From contig OZ024743.1 in NCBI GenBank assembly GCA_964016885.1, positions 362,142,001 to 362,206,000 on the forward strand: DNA of 64,000 bases, in the 5' to 3' direction. Below the pieces are notes generated by a model. That model ran no database searches, was not told where the DNA came from, and was given only the letters and a program-made list of their open reading frames with translations. Positions 1-14,874 of the stretch are shown here, in pieces. Both the position numbers and the translations under genes were made by a program. The first letter of the stretch is position 1, and each line of letters begins with the position of its first letter. The DNA comes from Eledone cirrhosa (taxonomy: Eukaryota).

Positions 1-221
1 TATCGACAGTCGATCGACTTTCGTCAAATTGGACCTAGGAAACAATGTTTCCATTGGTCTTTCCAATTGCTAATACTATCTATCGGTTGCAACTCCAGGT
101 AGAAGGAGTAGAGTGAAATAAAGCGTCTTGCCCAAGGACATAACCCATCGTCTGGTCCGGGAATCGAACTCACAATCTTACGATTGCTAATTCAATTCTC
201 TAACCAGTCAGCCACGCGCCT
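1..221 (-). mobile_element. tRNA-derived SINE with CORE-like central domain (degenerate)
   Basis: The minus strand reads a tRNA-like head (GGCGCGTGGCTGACTGGTTAG ... GAGTTCGATTCCCGG) followed by GTTATGTCCTTGGGCAAGACGC, which resembles the CORE-type domain. A related copy lies at 39125-39360. Confidence 0.6.
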
Positions 222-829
222 TCTTTTAGGTATTAGAAATCGAATCTTAATCTTGTCCAGTTTGTATCTAGCGAAGGTTACCCCCCATCTCCTCTCTTCC
301 TAACTTTTACTACTTATCACACTAACTTACTGTATTTTATTTTATTCTATTTTATTTTATTTTATTTTATTCTATTTTATTTTATTTTATTCTATTTTAT
401 TGTATTGTCATCTTGATTTATTCTTGTTCTATTTTATTTTCTTAAATGTAAATACTATTTTTATATTGAACATTTCATTCCTGAATTCTACGGCATGCTG
501 GAAACAATTATAAGCTGTCTGAAGGCGTGGAATAAACAATTAAGTATTGCATATGATTGAACAATATAGCATATGTAAACTATTATAATAGACACGGGAA
601 ATATATGTTAAAGCCAATAAATTCCTACTCTCCTTTCTCGACGAAGTCTATATTTTTTGGGTGCAATATTTGCTTATATTAATATACTCTGTGATCTCTT
701 CTGGACCTATATACCATATTCCCCTGCTTGGATATTTATGCTATACGAGTCAAATTCTCTGGTAAGCAGTTATCTTGTTTGAACTGTTTCATTTTTATGA
801 AATAATTAGGAATGCCTACTGACATGGAG

Positions 830-1480
830 ACTGGTTGGGTGTACGAGGCCCTAGCATTTAGTGGTTTTAAGGACATATCATCAACATAGACTGCCCACTC
901 AGACCCCATAACAGATATAGGCATACAGATAAATTCGTACACCACTCTTTAATAGGGTAGTGTCCACATCAATAGCTAGAATCTTCTTCAAATGTCTAAA
1001 CAAGCACTTCCCAACACAACACAAGTACTACGCAATCTTTAACAGGAACACTGTTAGATTTCTGACTCAACACCACCTAATCTAGCAAGGAACATAGCCA
1101 ACCTAAACATCTCAAAAGTGAATATGTCCACACTTTCTGAAAGCCACGCCCGTAATTGGGTCTGTGGAACTGCCCAAACAAGGACACCTGTCTACTGGAA
1201 AATAAATATTTGATAGACGACATCGTATACAAATGCGACAACAAAAATACATACATCGGTATGACTTCTAACAGATATAAGACCACTCACATCCACTCCT
1301 TCAGAAGACCTGACAAAGCCAACCAAACCGCACTAGCCAATTATATATGGGACCTCATGAAGAAATCCATTCCATTCACCCTCAAATGTAAAATGCTCCA
1401 CAAGGTGCGCTCAGACACGAGAGGGCATAAGGGCTGTGATTTATGAATCTCAGAAAGCTATGAGATATTATTGCCCAATA
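830..1480 (+). pseudogene. Degenerate Penelope-like element (linker + GIY-YIG endonuclease)
   Basis: Frameshifted pieces KHFPTQHKYYAIFNRNTVRF and CPNKDTCLL...IVYKC...YIGMTSNR...TALANYIWDL (ORF 1156-1446) are homologous to the PLE ORF at 9873-11431. Confidence 0.8.
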
Positions 1481-1724
1481 GCGGCATCCTGGTGGCGTCA
1501 TCCCAATGGCGGCATACGAACACAGCCGAACGGCGCAAAAAAAGCCAATGCAACGTATAAGGCCTACAAACCAGTTCTGTTTCCAGAACGGTAGAATGTT
1601 TAATCTATATAACTCGAACTAGTATCCACCCTTCTCTTCTCTCCCCCTCTCACCCTTTCTATGACCCGTTTCACAACGTTCACGATTGTGACCGTTATAT
1701 TTCCTTGGCTACCGTTACTACCAG

Positions 1725-1782
<58 letters not shown>

Positions 1783-2097
1783 ATACTTGGGGAGGGTCAT
1801 ATTTGTGTAATATTGCCAGAATTAATAACAGAACACACTCACTGTTTGGTTGGTTTTCGCCTTTAGCTTCTGTGTCTTTTATATCAGTAATCTAATTTAT
1901 TCGGTCCTCAATGTTGCCATTGACTGACCAGCGATCATAAAATAATACAGATACAATATAGACACAAACACATATATATAGTTTATCAAAGTTCTTCCGT
2001 TGCACATCTGCAACATCGTCAGTGGTGCTATTGTTTCCTCCCGTTACATTCTATTTTCTACGCCCATATCAAAAACTCGCAAAACTAGTATATATAT

Positions 2098-2172
<75 letters not shown>

Positions 2173-2367
2173 GATAAATCTACCAAAAGTTTACGGTAGT
2201 GTCCAATGCGTATGAAGAACTCAATGTAATCCGGATATCATGAAAAGAAGAGATGCATTCAAAAATCACTTTCGGTGAAAGATAAACGGAAAACAGAGTC
2301 AAGATAAATTATTAAAAAAATAATGAATTAACAAAGAAACAGTTCCTTATATTAAACAAAAAAAGTT

Positions 2368-2507
2368 CATTATTTTACGATCGTTTCTAGGACATATATG
2401 TGTTAGAATTGGTATGCATATTCAAAAGATCTATGTACAAAATTATACAAACTATCAGAGAGAATATACATACCTTCACATATATATGCTGTCTTCAGAA
2501 ATAATGA
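2368..2507 (-). ncRNA. Type I hammerhead ribozyme motif with long stem II (family C)
   Basis: The minus strand reads tcattattt-CUGAAGA-(~105 nt hairpin)-GAAAC-GAUC-GUA-aaatatga, with a 1-nt deletion in the 3' stem I strand. Confidence 0.6.
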
Positions 2508-2790
2508 TGCTTGTTTATTGATAATAACAACAATTCAAAATAACAGCATGTTTCACAAAATAACAATTCAAAATAACAGCATGTCTCACAAAAGAAATAT
2601 AAAAAAACATAAAAGAGAGACATAAAATATACATGCTTATATACACACGCACATTTACACATCCATACGTTCTATACATACATACGTACACACACACACA
2701 TACACATACTTACACTCACGCATATTGACCTGTTTGTATGCACACACATAAAAATAAGTAAAACATATACCCATACATATAAATATACAC

Positions 2791-2851
<61 letters not shown>

Positions 2852-4239
2852 TACCAATGTATATATACACAACCGCACACACACACACACTCAGACATAC
2901 ATATATATAGAGACATACACACACATATATACACAGTCAGACACATATACACATATATACACATACATACACACATCTCTACACATACACATACATACAC
3001 ATATATACATACACATATATATATAAATATATACATATATATACATATACATGCGCACATATGTATTTTTATACTCACATACAAACACACAAACATACAT
3101 ACACACTTACATACACATACACACATCCACGCTTACAAATACATATAATTATTGGGGAGGGGATTAAAATTATTAGTGGGAAATAGTAAATATATAGGTT
3201 TCAAGGAACATAAATACTAATCTGCCGTTAAATCATAATATATGTTTACTTAGTGGTATCAGTTTTAGGAAATGGTATTTGTAAGAAGGAAGGCTAAATT
3301 ATGTATTATAATATAAGTAGAATATTAATTATAGGTTAACTAAAATAAAAATAGTTAATATATTAATTTCTAAGGTGTATACTAATTAGGTTTATAATAT
3401 TTAAAGCGGAATATTGAAGTTAAACAGTAGTAGAGTATTAATTATAGCATAACTAAATTAAAAATAATTACATATATTTACATGATGGTATCAATTTTAG
3501 GAAATGAATTTTGTAAGAGGGAAAGCCAAATTAAGTATTTCATCGGTAGTAGATTATTAATTATAGGTTAACTAAATTAAAAATTATATATTAATTTCTA
3601 TAGTATATGTTAATTAGGTTTATAATAATTAAAGCAAAATTTTGTATTTTATCTATAGTAGAATTTTAATTATAGGTTAACTAAATTAAAATTAATCTAT
3701 ATATTAATTTGTAAAGTGTATATTAATTAGGTATATATTTAAAAGTTTTTCTCAGTTTATGATTACACGATATTTTGCATTTCATCTGTATTAGAATTTT
3801 AATTATAAGTTAACTAAATTAAAATTATATGTTAACTAAATTAAAATTAGTTTATATATTAATTTCTAAATTGTATATTAATTAGGTTTATAATATTAAA
3901 AAGTATTTCTCCGTTTTTAATTACACGATATTTTGTTGTATTTCATCTGTAAAAGAATTTTAATAATAGGTTAAATAAACTAAAATTAATCTATATATTA
4001 ATTTCCAAAGTATATATTAATTAGGTTAATAATATTTAAATGTTTTTCTCAGTTTATGATTATACGATATTTTTAATTTCATCTGTAGTAGAATTTTAAT
4101 TAAATTAAAATTATAGGTTAACTACATTAAAATTAATTTATATATTAATTTCTAAAATATATATTATTATTAATTAGGTTTATAATATTTAAATGTTTTT
4201 CTCAGTTTATGATTACACGATATTATTAATTCCTGTCGC

Positions 4240-4423
4240 CAGTGGATTGGCAGTATCGGTAGAGGGTCGGACGCCATGCTTTGACGCATAGAGTTACGGC
4301 CCTTGCCATTCTGAGTTCAAATCCCGCCGAGGTTAACTTTGCCTTTCATCCTTATGGGGTCGATAAAATAAAGTACCAGTAATACACTGGGTAATTGCTG
4401 GCCTTGTGCCAAAAGTAGAAACA
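4240..4423 (+). mobile_element. tRNA-derived SINE (main family), with 18-bp TSD
   Basis: A/B-box-like TGGCAGTATCGGT and GAGTTCAAATC, central CTTTGCCTTTCATCCTTA-GGGGTCGATAAAATAAAGTACCAG, and an (ATT)n tail. TSD ATTATTAATTCCTGTCGC at 4222-4239 and 4424-4441. The empty site is visible in the paralogous PLE at ~9920-9945. Confidence 0.9.
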
Positions 4424-5980
4424 ATTATTAATTCCTGTCGCTTATTTAATAGGATATCCTTAGATTTCATTATTTCAAATAGTTCTTGGGAACACAATCT
4501 ACATTCATTTCTATTATTTTGATAAGGGGTGGCTCTTTTGAGCACACTCCAGGTCATATCATATTCTATATTCGTATTTCTATAACTATTAATTTTTTCA
4601 GCTAGAGATGTTGTATTAGCCAGTGCGGCATTTTTAAAACTATGTTTGTGGGTATTAAATCTTACCTTAAAATTGTTAGAAGTAGCTCCTATATATGAGC
4701 AAATAGAATCCTTAGTTTTAACTTTACATTTATATACTATGTTGTTAACAAGACAATTTCCTTTTAATGGGCAGTTTGCCTTGTTTCTACAGTTACAACC
4801 TTTCGTTAATTCTGTATTTGAGGAGATATTATGGCTAGTTTGATGTACTGGTGGTATACTTATGGTTTTTTTACATTTATATGCATTATAGGCACTTATA
4901 TTTTGTTTTATGTTTTTGGTTGTTGAGTATGAGAATTTAACTGTTGATCTATTTAAGATTTGATGGTATTTGTGGTTTGGCGGGAAGTTTTTCTCTAGGA
5001 TATTAAAAATTTTTTTAGGTATATTATCCTTAATTTGTAAATCAAATGGAGCATTATACCAAGTAACTCGTCTATTACGGTTTCTATGTTGTTTATTGTT
5101 TTTATAGGATGCATCATGATGTTTACTAGGAGGATTATTGTTAATGACCTCTCCACGCACGTTTTTAGTTAGATTTATTGATTTAGGTGTTTTAGCTTGT
5201 TTATTAGGAGTTTTATTATTAACATTTATTAGAGTTGTATTATGAGTAATTTTTTGAGAGTTACTATACTTTATATTAGAAGAGTTAGAGAGATTTGGGT
5301 GTATATTTATATGTATGGGTATATGTTTTACTTATTTTTATGTGTGTGCATACAAACAGGTCAATATGCGTGAGTGTAAGTATGTGTGTGTGTGTGTGTG
5401 TACGTATGTATGTATCGAACGTATGGATGAGTAAATGTGCGTGTGTATATAAGCATGTATATTTTATGTCTCTCTTTTATGTTTTTTTCATATTTCTTTT
5501 GTGAGACATGCGTGTCTGTCTATGTACGTACCCCCCCCCCCTTTTGCCTTTTTTTGTCTCCTTTTTTTTTTGAGTTTTTCCTTCTATAAAAAATTTTTTT
5601 TTATTTCTAATTTATTGATACACTTTTATAAGTATGTCGAGATTGACACTTTCCTTTAATTACTATACTCCCTTACCTCTTTTACTTCCGCATCTAAATG
5701 TAAGTGTGTGTGGCCGTGTTTATGTGAGCGCCTCAATATCCATATATTTATAATAATATAATAAATATATATATATATATATATGTAGATAAATCTACCA
5801 AGAGTTTACGGTAGTGTCCAATCCGTATGAAGAACTCAATGTATTCCGGATATCATGGAAAGAAGAGATGTAATGAAAAATCACTTTCGGTGAAAGATAA
5901 ACGGTATACAGAGCCAAGATAAAATATTAAACAAATAATGAATAAACAATGAAACAGTTCCTTATATTAAACAAAAAAAG

Positions 5981-6134
5981 TTCATTATTTAACGATCGTT
6001 TCTAGGATATATATGTGTTAGAATTGGCATGCATATTCAACAGATCTATGTACAAAATTATACAAAATTATACAAACTATCAAGATTAAATATACATACC
6101 AACACATATATACGCCGTCTTCAGAAATAATGAA
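5981..6134 (-). ncRNA. Hammerhead ribozyme motif, family C (long stem II)
   Basis: Reverse complement of 14721-14874. Confidence 0.65.
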
Positions 6135-6764
6135 ATATATTTATTGATAATAACAACAATTCAAAATTTCAGGTCCGTTTGGGAACAAAATTGACCAATG
6201 AAAATACAAAAGGTTTAATGCAGTTCGGTGTGTGTATATACATGTAACTACCCTTACACATATTTTACAAAAATGCATGCACAAGTTGTATACGCATACC
6301 AAAAGGATGGATGCAAATACAAAATTTCAAGGTTAATGTCTCTGTAAGTTTATAATGCACAGATAAGATGCGTATAGACACATAAATATGAAATAAGTGT
6401 ATACACATATTCACATACTCACACATATCCGTACAATCACACACACACGCGCGTATATGCATAAACATACACATAACTACGAACATACAAACACACACAC
6501 ACCCCCACTCACATATATATATGTGGATATAAAATCCTAAGCACATGGATATTAATTCACTCACATAAACACTGGCACACACATTTAGATCAAGATACAG
6601 AAATTAGGTGGGAGGGGGGGAGAGGTCAGTATTCAACGGTTTGGGCAGACTGCTTAATATAGATGTATCTATAAACTAAGAAAATAAAAAATAATAAATA
6701 ATAAATAAACATTAAAAAGGAAAGAAAAGAAAAAGAAAAAAGAAAAAAGAAATATATCAAGAAA

Positions 6765-6795
<31 letters not shown>

Positions 6796-6941
6796 CACAT
6801 ATATACACATATATATATATATACACATATACAAACACATACATACATATACACACATCCACACTTAGAACATACATACACACACATATATAAACATATA
6901 CACATACACACATACATACATATACACACATACATATAAAT

Positions 6942-7009
<68 letters not shown>

Positions 7010-7293
7010 ATACACATATAATCACACATACTATATAGACACACATATATATACACACATACACGCACATATACATACACTTACATACTTATATACATAC
7101 AGATATACACATACATACCTATATATACACACAAATACATACAGACATACATACATACATACAGACAAATACTTACGCATCTATATATCGGTATATACAT
7201 ACAAACACCACTACACTCTCACACAACTCAGACATACAAAGAAAAAGGTATATACCTATACACATATACATATACAAATAGAGAAACATATAC

Positions 7294-7358
<65 letters not shown>

Positions 7359-7554
7359 CACATATACACACATACACATACATTCACATACATACATGTA
7401 CACACACATAGATATATATACACATACACACATACACACATACATATATAGTCATACACACACATACACCTACACGAACATACACATACACATATATAAA
7501 GATATATATACACACACACACACACATACACACACACACATATATATAAAATAA

Positions 7555-7607
<53 letters not shown>

Positions 7608-8182
7608 CATATACATACACACATACATAGACATATATGTACATACATACACATACATAGATACATACACACACATACGTACATATATATATATACACAC
7701 ATAGACATATACATACATACACACACAACATACATACACACATATATACTCATACATAGAATTAGATATATATTCATACATACATACGCACTTACATATA
7801 CTCATATATACAAATACATACGCATCCATATATGCGTATATACATAGAAACACCACTACACCCTCACCCAACTCAGACATACAAAGAAAAAGGCATATAC
7901 ATATACATATATACACGCATTAATAGAGATATATATACACATATATATATATATATATATATACACATACACTTATATATATATACCCACACACACATAC
8001 AACCATAAATACACATACAAACACCCACATATACATATATATACACATATATATATATACACACACATAAAAAACAGACATGCACATATATATTTTTTTA
8101 CACATATATATACACATATATATACATATACACACCCTCACATATACACACATACACATAAGTTATATTATAATAATAAATA

Positions 8183-8231
<49 letters not shown>

Positions 8232-8258
8232 CGAATATAGATATATATACACACATAG

Positions 8259-8289
<31 letters not shown>

Positions 8290-8488
8290 CATATACACAC
8301 ACACATATACACACTCACATATATATGTGTGTGCACACACACATATATACACATACACACATATACACATAAACACATATATGTGTATACATGCACACAC
8401 ACACATATATCCACATAGATACGAAGATAGACATATAAATAGAGAGACATACATATATATACACACACACACATATACATACATACAT

Positions 8489-8553
<65 letters not shown>

Positions 8554-9872
8554 CACACATACACATACACATATATATACACATGCATATATACACATAT
8601 ACACATACATACACATATATATATACACACACAATCTTACATTCTTATTTGCATGCGCATATATGTATTTTTATATTCAGATATAAATACCCAAACATAT
8701 ATACACCTACCTACATATATATTCATACATACACGCTTACAAACACAGATGATAATAGTATGGGGGAAAAGGGGGGGGGGGGTGGAGAAGGGGATTATAG
8801 TAAATATATGTTTCAAGAAACATAGAATATTATCCGTATCTGGATCCAATGTATGATTTTACATAGTTTCAGTGTTAGGAAATACAATAAACAAGAAATA
8901 AGGCAAAATTTATGCATTTCAAAATAAATAAGTATACCATTAATTATATGTTAACTAAACTAAAGATAGTTAACATATTGATTTCTAAGGTGTAAATTAG
9001 TTAGGTTTATAATATTTGAAGCAGAATTTTGAAGTTAAATAGTAGTAGAGTATTAATTATAGTATAACTAAATTAAAGTTAATAACGTTATGGTATCAAT
9101 ATTAGGAAATGAATTTAGTAATAGGGAAAAAACAAATAAAGTATTACATCGGTAGTAGAATATAAATTATAGGTTAACTAAATTAAAAATTATATATTTA
9201 TTTCTATAGTATATGTTAATTAGGTATATAATAAATAAAACAGATATTGTATTTTATCAATAGCAGAATATAATTATATGCAAATAGAAATCAAAATTAA
9301 TACATATACATATACATATACATACACATATATATATACACATATATACATATATATATACATATATACACATATACACACACGTACACATACACATACA
9401 CATATACATATACATATTTTTTCAAAAATTGCAAAGAATATATTAACTAGGTATATATCCAAAACACATCCCATTCTATGATTACATGACATTCTGCAAT
9501 TCGTCTGTATAAGGATACTAATTTTAAGCCAATTAAATTAAATTTTTAGGTTGACTAAAATTAAAACGAAATTATAAATATATTTCTAAAATGTATATTA
9601 ATTAGGTCTATAATACTAAAAATTATTTCTCTGTCATTGGATACACGATATTTTGTTATATTTTATCTGTAAAAGAATTATAATAAAAGGTTTAAATAAA
9701 TTAAAATTAATCTATAAATTAAATTACTAAGTATATATTAGTAATATTTAAAGGTTTTTCACAATTTATGATTACATAATATTTTATATTCTCATCTGTA
9801 ATAGAATTTTAATTAAATTAAATTTATAGGTTAACTAACATTTAAATTAAATTAATTTCTAAAATAATGTTA

Positions 9873-11431
9873 TTAATTAGGTTTATAATATTTAAATGTT
9901 TTTTTTAGTTTATGATTACACGATATAATTAATTCCTGTCGTTTATTTAATAGGATATCCTTAGATTTCATTATTTCAAATAGTTCTTGGGAACATAATC
10001 TACATTCATTTCTATTATTTTGATAAGGGGTGGCTCTTTTGAGCACACTCCAGGTCAAATCATATTCTATATTCTTATTTTTATAACTATTGATTTTTTC
10101 TGCTAGAGATGTTGTATTAGCCAGTGCGGCATTTTTAAAACTATGCTTGTGGGTATTAAACCTTGTCTTAAAATTGTTAGAGGTAGCTCCTATATATGAG
10201 CAAATAGAATCTTTAGTTTTAACATTACATTTATAGACTATGTTGTTAACAAGACAATTCCCTTTTAATGGGCAGTTTGCTTTGTTTCTACAGTTACAAC
10301 CTTTCGTTAATTCTGTATTTGAGGAGATATTATGGTTAATTTGATGTACTGGTGGTATACTTATGGTTTTCTTACATTTATATGCATTATAGGCACTTAT
10401 ATTTTGTTTTATGTTATTTGTTGTAGAGTATGAGAATTTAACTGTAGACCTATTTAAGATTTGATGGTATTTGTGGTTTGGCGGGAAGTTTTTCTCTAGG
10501 ATATAAAAAAATGTTTTAGCAATATTATCCTTAATTTGTAAATTAAATGGAGCATTATACCAAGTAACCCGTCTATTACGGTTTCTATGTTGTTTATTAT
10601 TTTTATTATTTTTATAGGTTGTATCGTGATTTTTACTAGGAGGATTAATGTTAATGATCTCACCACAACCATTTTTAGTTATATTTGTAGATTTAGGTGT
10701 TTTATCCTTTTTATTAGGAGTTTTATTATTAATATTTATTAGAGTTGTATGATGAGTAGTTTTTTGAGAGTTACTATACTTTATATTAGAAGATTTGGTA
10801 TTTTGGGGTATAGTGTGGGTGGCATTTAGGTGTGTACTTTTCATTTGGTGTTTGTTGGTAATATTAGGTTGTATGCTTTCAGTATTTTTAGTAGAAGGTA
10901 TATATTCTAATCTATTTTTGTGGCCACTTCTATCTAGAGCTTCGTTATAGAAGGTCGCATTTTTATCAAATACATCTTGGTTAGAAGAAAGGTTAGAAAT
11001 TCTAAGTGATATATTATATGCAAGGTTTTTAAGGATAGATTTAGGGTGATTAGATTGTGAGTGTATGTAATGTAAGTTTTGGTTTGGTTTATGGTAAGGT
11101 TGGTAGATACCCGTAGCTAAATCTAAAGTTATATCTAGGAAATTTACTACTTTACTTGTTTTTTCAAAAGTAATATTAAGATTATAATAGTCTTTAAGGA
11201 AAGTTCTAATATGTTTTTTGTTTTTTTCAATTTCTGAAAGGCTAAGGTTGTTAGAAAGAAGAAGACAGTCATCACGATATAAACCACCTTTGAGGTGGGG
11301 AAAGGAGGCATTTATGTTGAAAAGGAGAAAGAGGCCCACAAGATCAGTAATTTGGGCGGAATCGCTTGAACACATAGTAATATCAAATAGATTACTATAT
11401 GTGTTTCTGGTCCAGTATTCATTCTGAAATT
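9873..11431 (-). pseudogene. Penelope-like RT C-terminal half + GIY-YIG endonuclease (5'-truncated, frame open)
   Basis: FDITM.S.DSAQITDLVGLFLL, GGLYRDD (RT catalytic), VNFLDITLDL, YIH..SNHP, CNC..CPL.GNCL, IVYK and YIGAT. The first ~50 aa of the track ORF (to 11585) come from the inverted arm, not the element. Confidence 0.9.
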
Positions 11432-12309
11432 CAATTTTTGAAAAAATATGTATATGTATATGTGTATGTGTATGTGTACGTGTGTGTATATGTGTATATA
11501 TGTATATATATATGTATATATGTGTATATATATATGTGTATGTATATGTATATGTATATGTATTAATTTTGATTTCTATTTGCATATAATTATATTCTGC
11601 TATTGATAAAATACAATATCTGTTTTATTTATTATATACCTAATTAACATATACTATAGAAATAAATATATAATTTTTAATTTAGTTAACCTATAATTTA
11701 TATTCTACTACCGATGTAATACTTTATTTGTTTTTTCCCTATTACTAAATTCATTTCCTAATATTGATACCATAACGTTATTAACTTTAATTTAGTTATA
11801 CTATAATTAATACTCTACTACTATTTAACTTCAAAATTCTGCTTCAAATATTATAAACCTAACTAATTTACACCTTAGAAATCAATATGTTAACTATCTT
11901 TAGTTTAGTTAACATATAATTAATGGTATACTTATTTATTTTGAAATGCATAAATTTTGCCTTATTTCTTGTTTATTGTATTTCCTAACACTGAAACTAT
12001 GTAAAAGCATACATTGGATCCAGATACGGATAATATTCTATGTTTCTTGAAACATATATTTACTATAATCCCCTTCTCCAACCCCCCCCCCCTTTTCCCC
12101 CATACTATTATCATCTGTGTTTGTAAGCGTGTATGTATGAATATATATGTAGGTAGGTGTATATATGTTTGGGTATTTATATCTGAATATAAAAATACAT
12201 ATATGCGCATGCAAATAAGAATGTAAGATTGTGTGTGTATATATATGTGTGTATGTATGTGTATATGTGTATATATGCATGTGTATATATATGTGTATGT
12301 GTATGTGTG

Positions 12310-12372
<63 letters not shown>

Positions 12373-12625
12373 ATGTATGTATGTATATGTGTGTGTGTGT
12401 ATATATATGTATGTCTCTCTATTTATATGTCTATCTTCGTATCTATGTGGATATATGTGTGTGTGTGCATGTATACACATATATGTGTTTATGTGTATAT
12501 GTGTGTATGTGTATATATGTGTGTGTGCACACACATATATATGTGAGTGTGTATATGTGTGTGTGTATATGTATGTGTATATATATATATATGTATATCT
12601 ATGTGTGTATATATATCTATATTCG

Positions 12626-12676
<51 letters not shown>

Positions 12677-13251
12677 TATTTATTATTATAATATAACTTA
12701 TGTGTATGTGTGTATATGTGAGGGTGTGTATATGTATATATATGTGTATATATATGTGTAAAAAAATATATATGTGCATGTCTGTTTTTTATGTGTGTGT
12801 ATATATATATATGTGTATATATATGTATATGTGGGTGTTTGTATGTGTATTTATGGTTGTATGTGTGTGTGGGTATATATATATAAGTGTATGTGTATAT
12901 ATATATATATATATATATGTGTATATATATCTCTATTAATGCGTGTATATATGTATATGTATATGCCTTTTTCTTTGTATGTCTGAGTTGGGTGAGGGTG
13001 TAGTGGTGTTTCTATGTATATACGCATATATGGATGCGTATGTATTTGTATATATGAGTATATGTAAGTGCGTATGTATGTATGAATATATATCTAATTC
13101 TATGTATGAGTATATATGTGTGTATGTATGTTGTGTGTGTATGTATGTATATGTCTATGTGTGTATATATATATATGTACGTATGTGTGTGTATGTATCT
13201 ATGTATGTGTATGTATGTACATATATGTCTATGTATGTGTGTATGTATATG

Positions 13252-13314
<63 letters not shown>

Positions 13315-13508
13315 TTATTTTATATATATGTGTGTGTGTGTATGTGTGTGTGTGTGTGTATATATCTTTATATATGTGTATGTGTATGTTCGTGTAGGTG
13401 TATGTGTGTGTATGACTATATATGTATGTGTGTATGTGTGTATGTGTATATATATCTATGTGTGTGTACATGTATGTATGTGAATGTATGTGTATGTGTG
13501 TATATGTG

Positions 13509-13579
<71 letters not shown>

Positions 13580-13863
13580 GTATATGTTTCTCTATTTGTA
13601 TATGTATATGTGTATAGGTATATACCTTTTTCTTTGTATGTCTGAGTTGTGTGAGAGTGTAGTGGTGTTTGTATGTATATACCGATATATAGATGCGTAA
13701 GTATTTGTCTGTATGTATGTATGTATGTCTGTATGTATTTGTGTGTATATATAGGTATGTATGTGTATATCTGTATGTATATAAGTATGTAAGTGTATGT
13801 ATATGTGCGTGTATGTGTGTATATATATGTGTGTCTATATAGTATGTGTGATTATATGTGTAT

Positions 13864-13915
<52 letters not shown>

Positions 13916-14720
13916 ATTTATATGTATGTGTGTATATGTATGTATGTGTGTATGTGTATATGTTTATATATGTGTGTGTATGTATGTTCTAAGTGTGGAT
14001 GTGTGTATATGTATGTATGTGTTTGTATATGTGTATATATATATATATGTGTATATATGTGTATGTATATATATATATATATATATATTTTTTCTTGATA
14101 TATTTCTTTTTTCTTTTTTCTTTTTCTTTTCTTTCCTTTTTAATGTTTATTTATTATTTATTATTTTTTATTTTCTTAGTTTATAGATACATCTATATTA
14201 AGCAGTCTGCCCAAACCGTTGAATACTGACCTCTCCCCCCCTCCCACCTAATTTCTGTATCTTGATCTAAATGTGTGTGCCAGTGTTTATGTGAGTGAAT
14301 TAATATCCATGTGCTTAGGATTTTATATCCACATATATATATGTGAGTGGGGGTGTGTGTGTGTTTGTATGTTCGTAGTTATGTGTATGTTTATGCATAT
14401 ACGCGCGTGTGTGTGTGATTGTACGGATATGTGTGAGTATGTGAATATGTGTATACACTTATTTCATATTTATGTGTCTATACGCATCTTATCTGTGCAT
14501 TATAAACTTACAGAGACATTAACCTTGAAATTTTGTATTTGCATCCATCCTTTTGGTATGCGTATACAACTTGTGCATGCATTTTTGTAAAATATGTGTA
14601 AGGGTAGTTACATGTATATACACACACCGAACTGCATTAAACCTTTTGTATTTTCATTGGTCAATTTTGTTCCCAAACGGACCTGAAATTTTGAATTGTT
14701 GTTATTATCAATAAATATAT

Positions 14721-14874
14721 TTCATTATTTCTGAAGACGGCGTATATATGTGTTGGTATGTATATTTAATCTTGATAGTTTGTATAATTTTGTATAATTT
14801 TGTACATAGATCTGTTGAATATGCATGCCAATTCTAACACATATATATCCTAGAAACGATCGTTAAATAATGAA
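14721..14874 (+). ncRNA. Hammerhead ribozyme motif, family C (long stem II)
   Basis: Stem I TTCATTATTT (14721-30) / AAATAATGAA (14865-74); CTGAAGA at 14731-37. Stem II includes TATATATGTGTT/AACACATATATA and GGTATGTATATTTAA/TTGAATATGCATGCC. GAAA at 14853-56; palindromic stem III ACGATCGT; site GUU. Confidence 0.7.

Larger units (their letters stand above)
2170..5294 (-). mobile_element. 5'-truncated Penelope-like element, copy 1 (GIY-YIG region ~4172-5293 plus long 3' region ending at (TA)n)
   Basis: ORF 4333-5160 has CNC..CPL.G.C, IVYK and YIGAT motifs. The true C-terminus (ISCNHKL..TFKYYKPN*) resumes at ~4172-4239 beyond a SINE insertion. The 3' terminus GTAGATAAATCTACC at 2170 is identical to that at 5785. 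Confidence 0.85.
5785..11431 (-). mobile_element. 5'-truncated Penelope-like element, copy 2, with ~4 kb microsatellite-rich 3' region
   Basis: Same 3' terminus and HHR as copy 1; ORF at 9873-11431. Confidence 0.85.

Noticed and set aside
1990-2040. Minus-strand CTGACGA-TGTTGCA-GATG-TGCAAC-GGAAG hammerhead-like motif
   Set aside because: GAAG replaces GAAA and there is no stem I/III partner; at best a decayed HHR.
11432-11585. N-terminal extension and ATG of the 570-aa PLE ORF
   Set aside because: It derives from the inverted arm (microsatellite) and is a fortuitous in-frame fusion, not the element's real start.
2515-14590. Dozens of Y/I/C/V/M/H/T-rich ORFs
   Set aside because: These are translations of (TA)n/(CA)n/(TG)n microsatellites, which lack stop codons in most frames.
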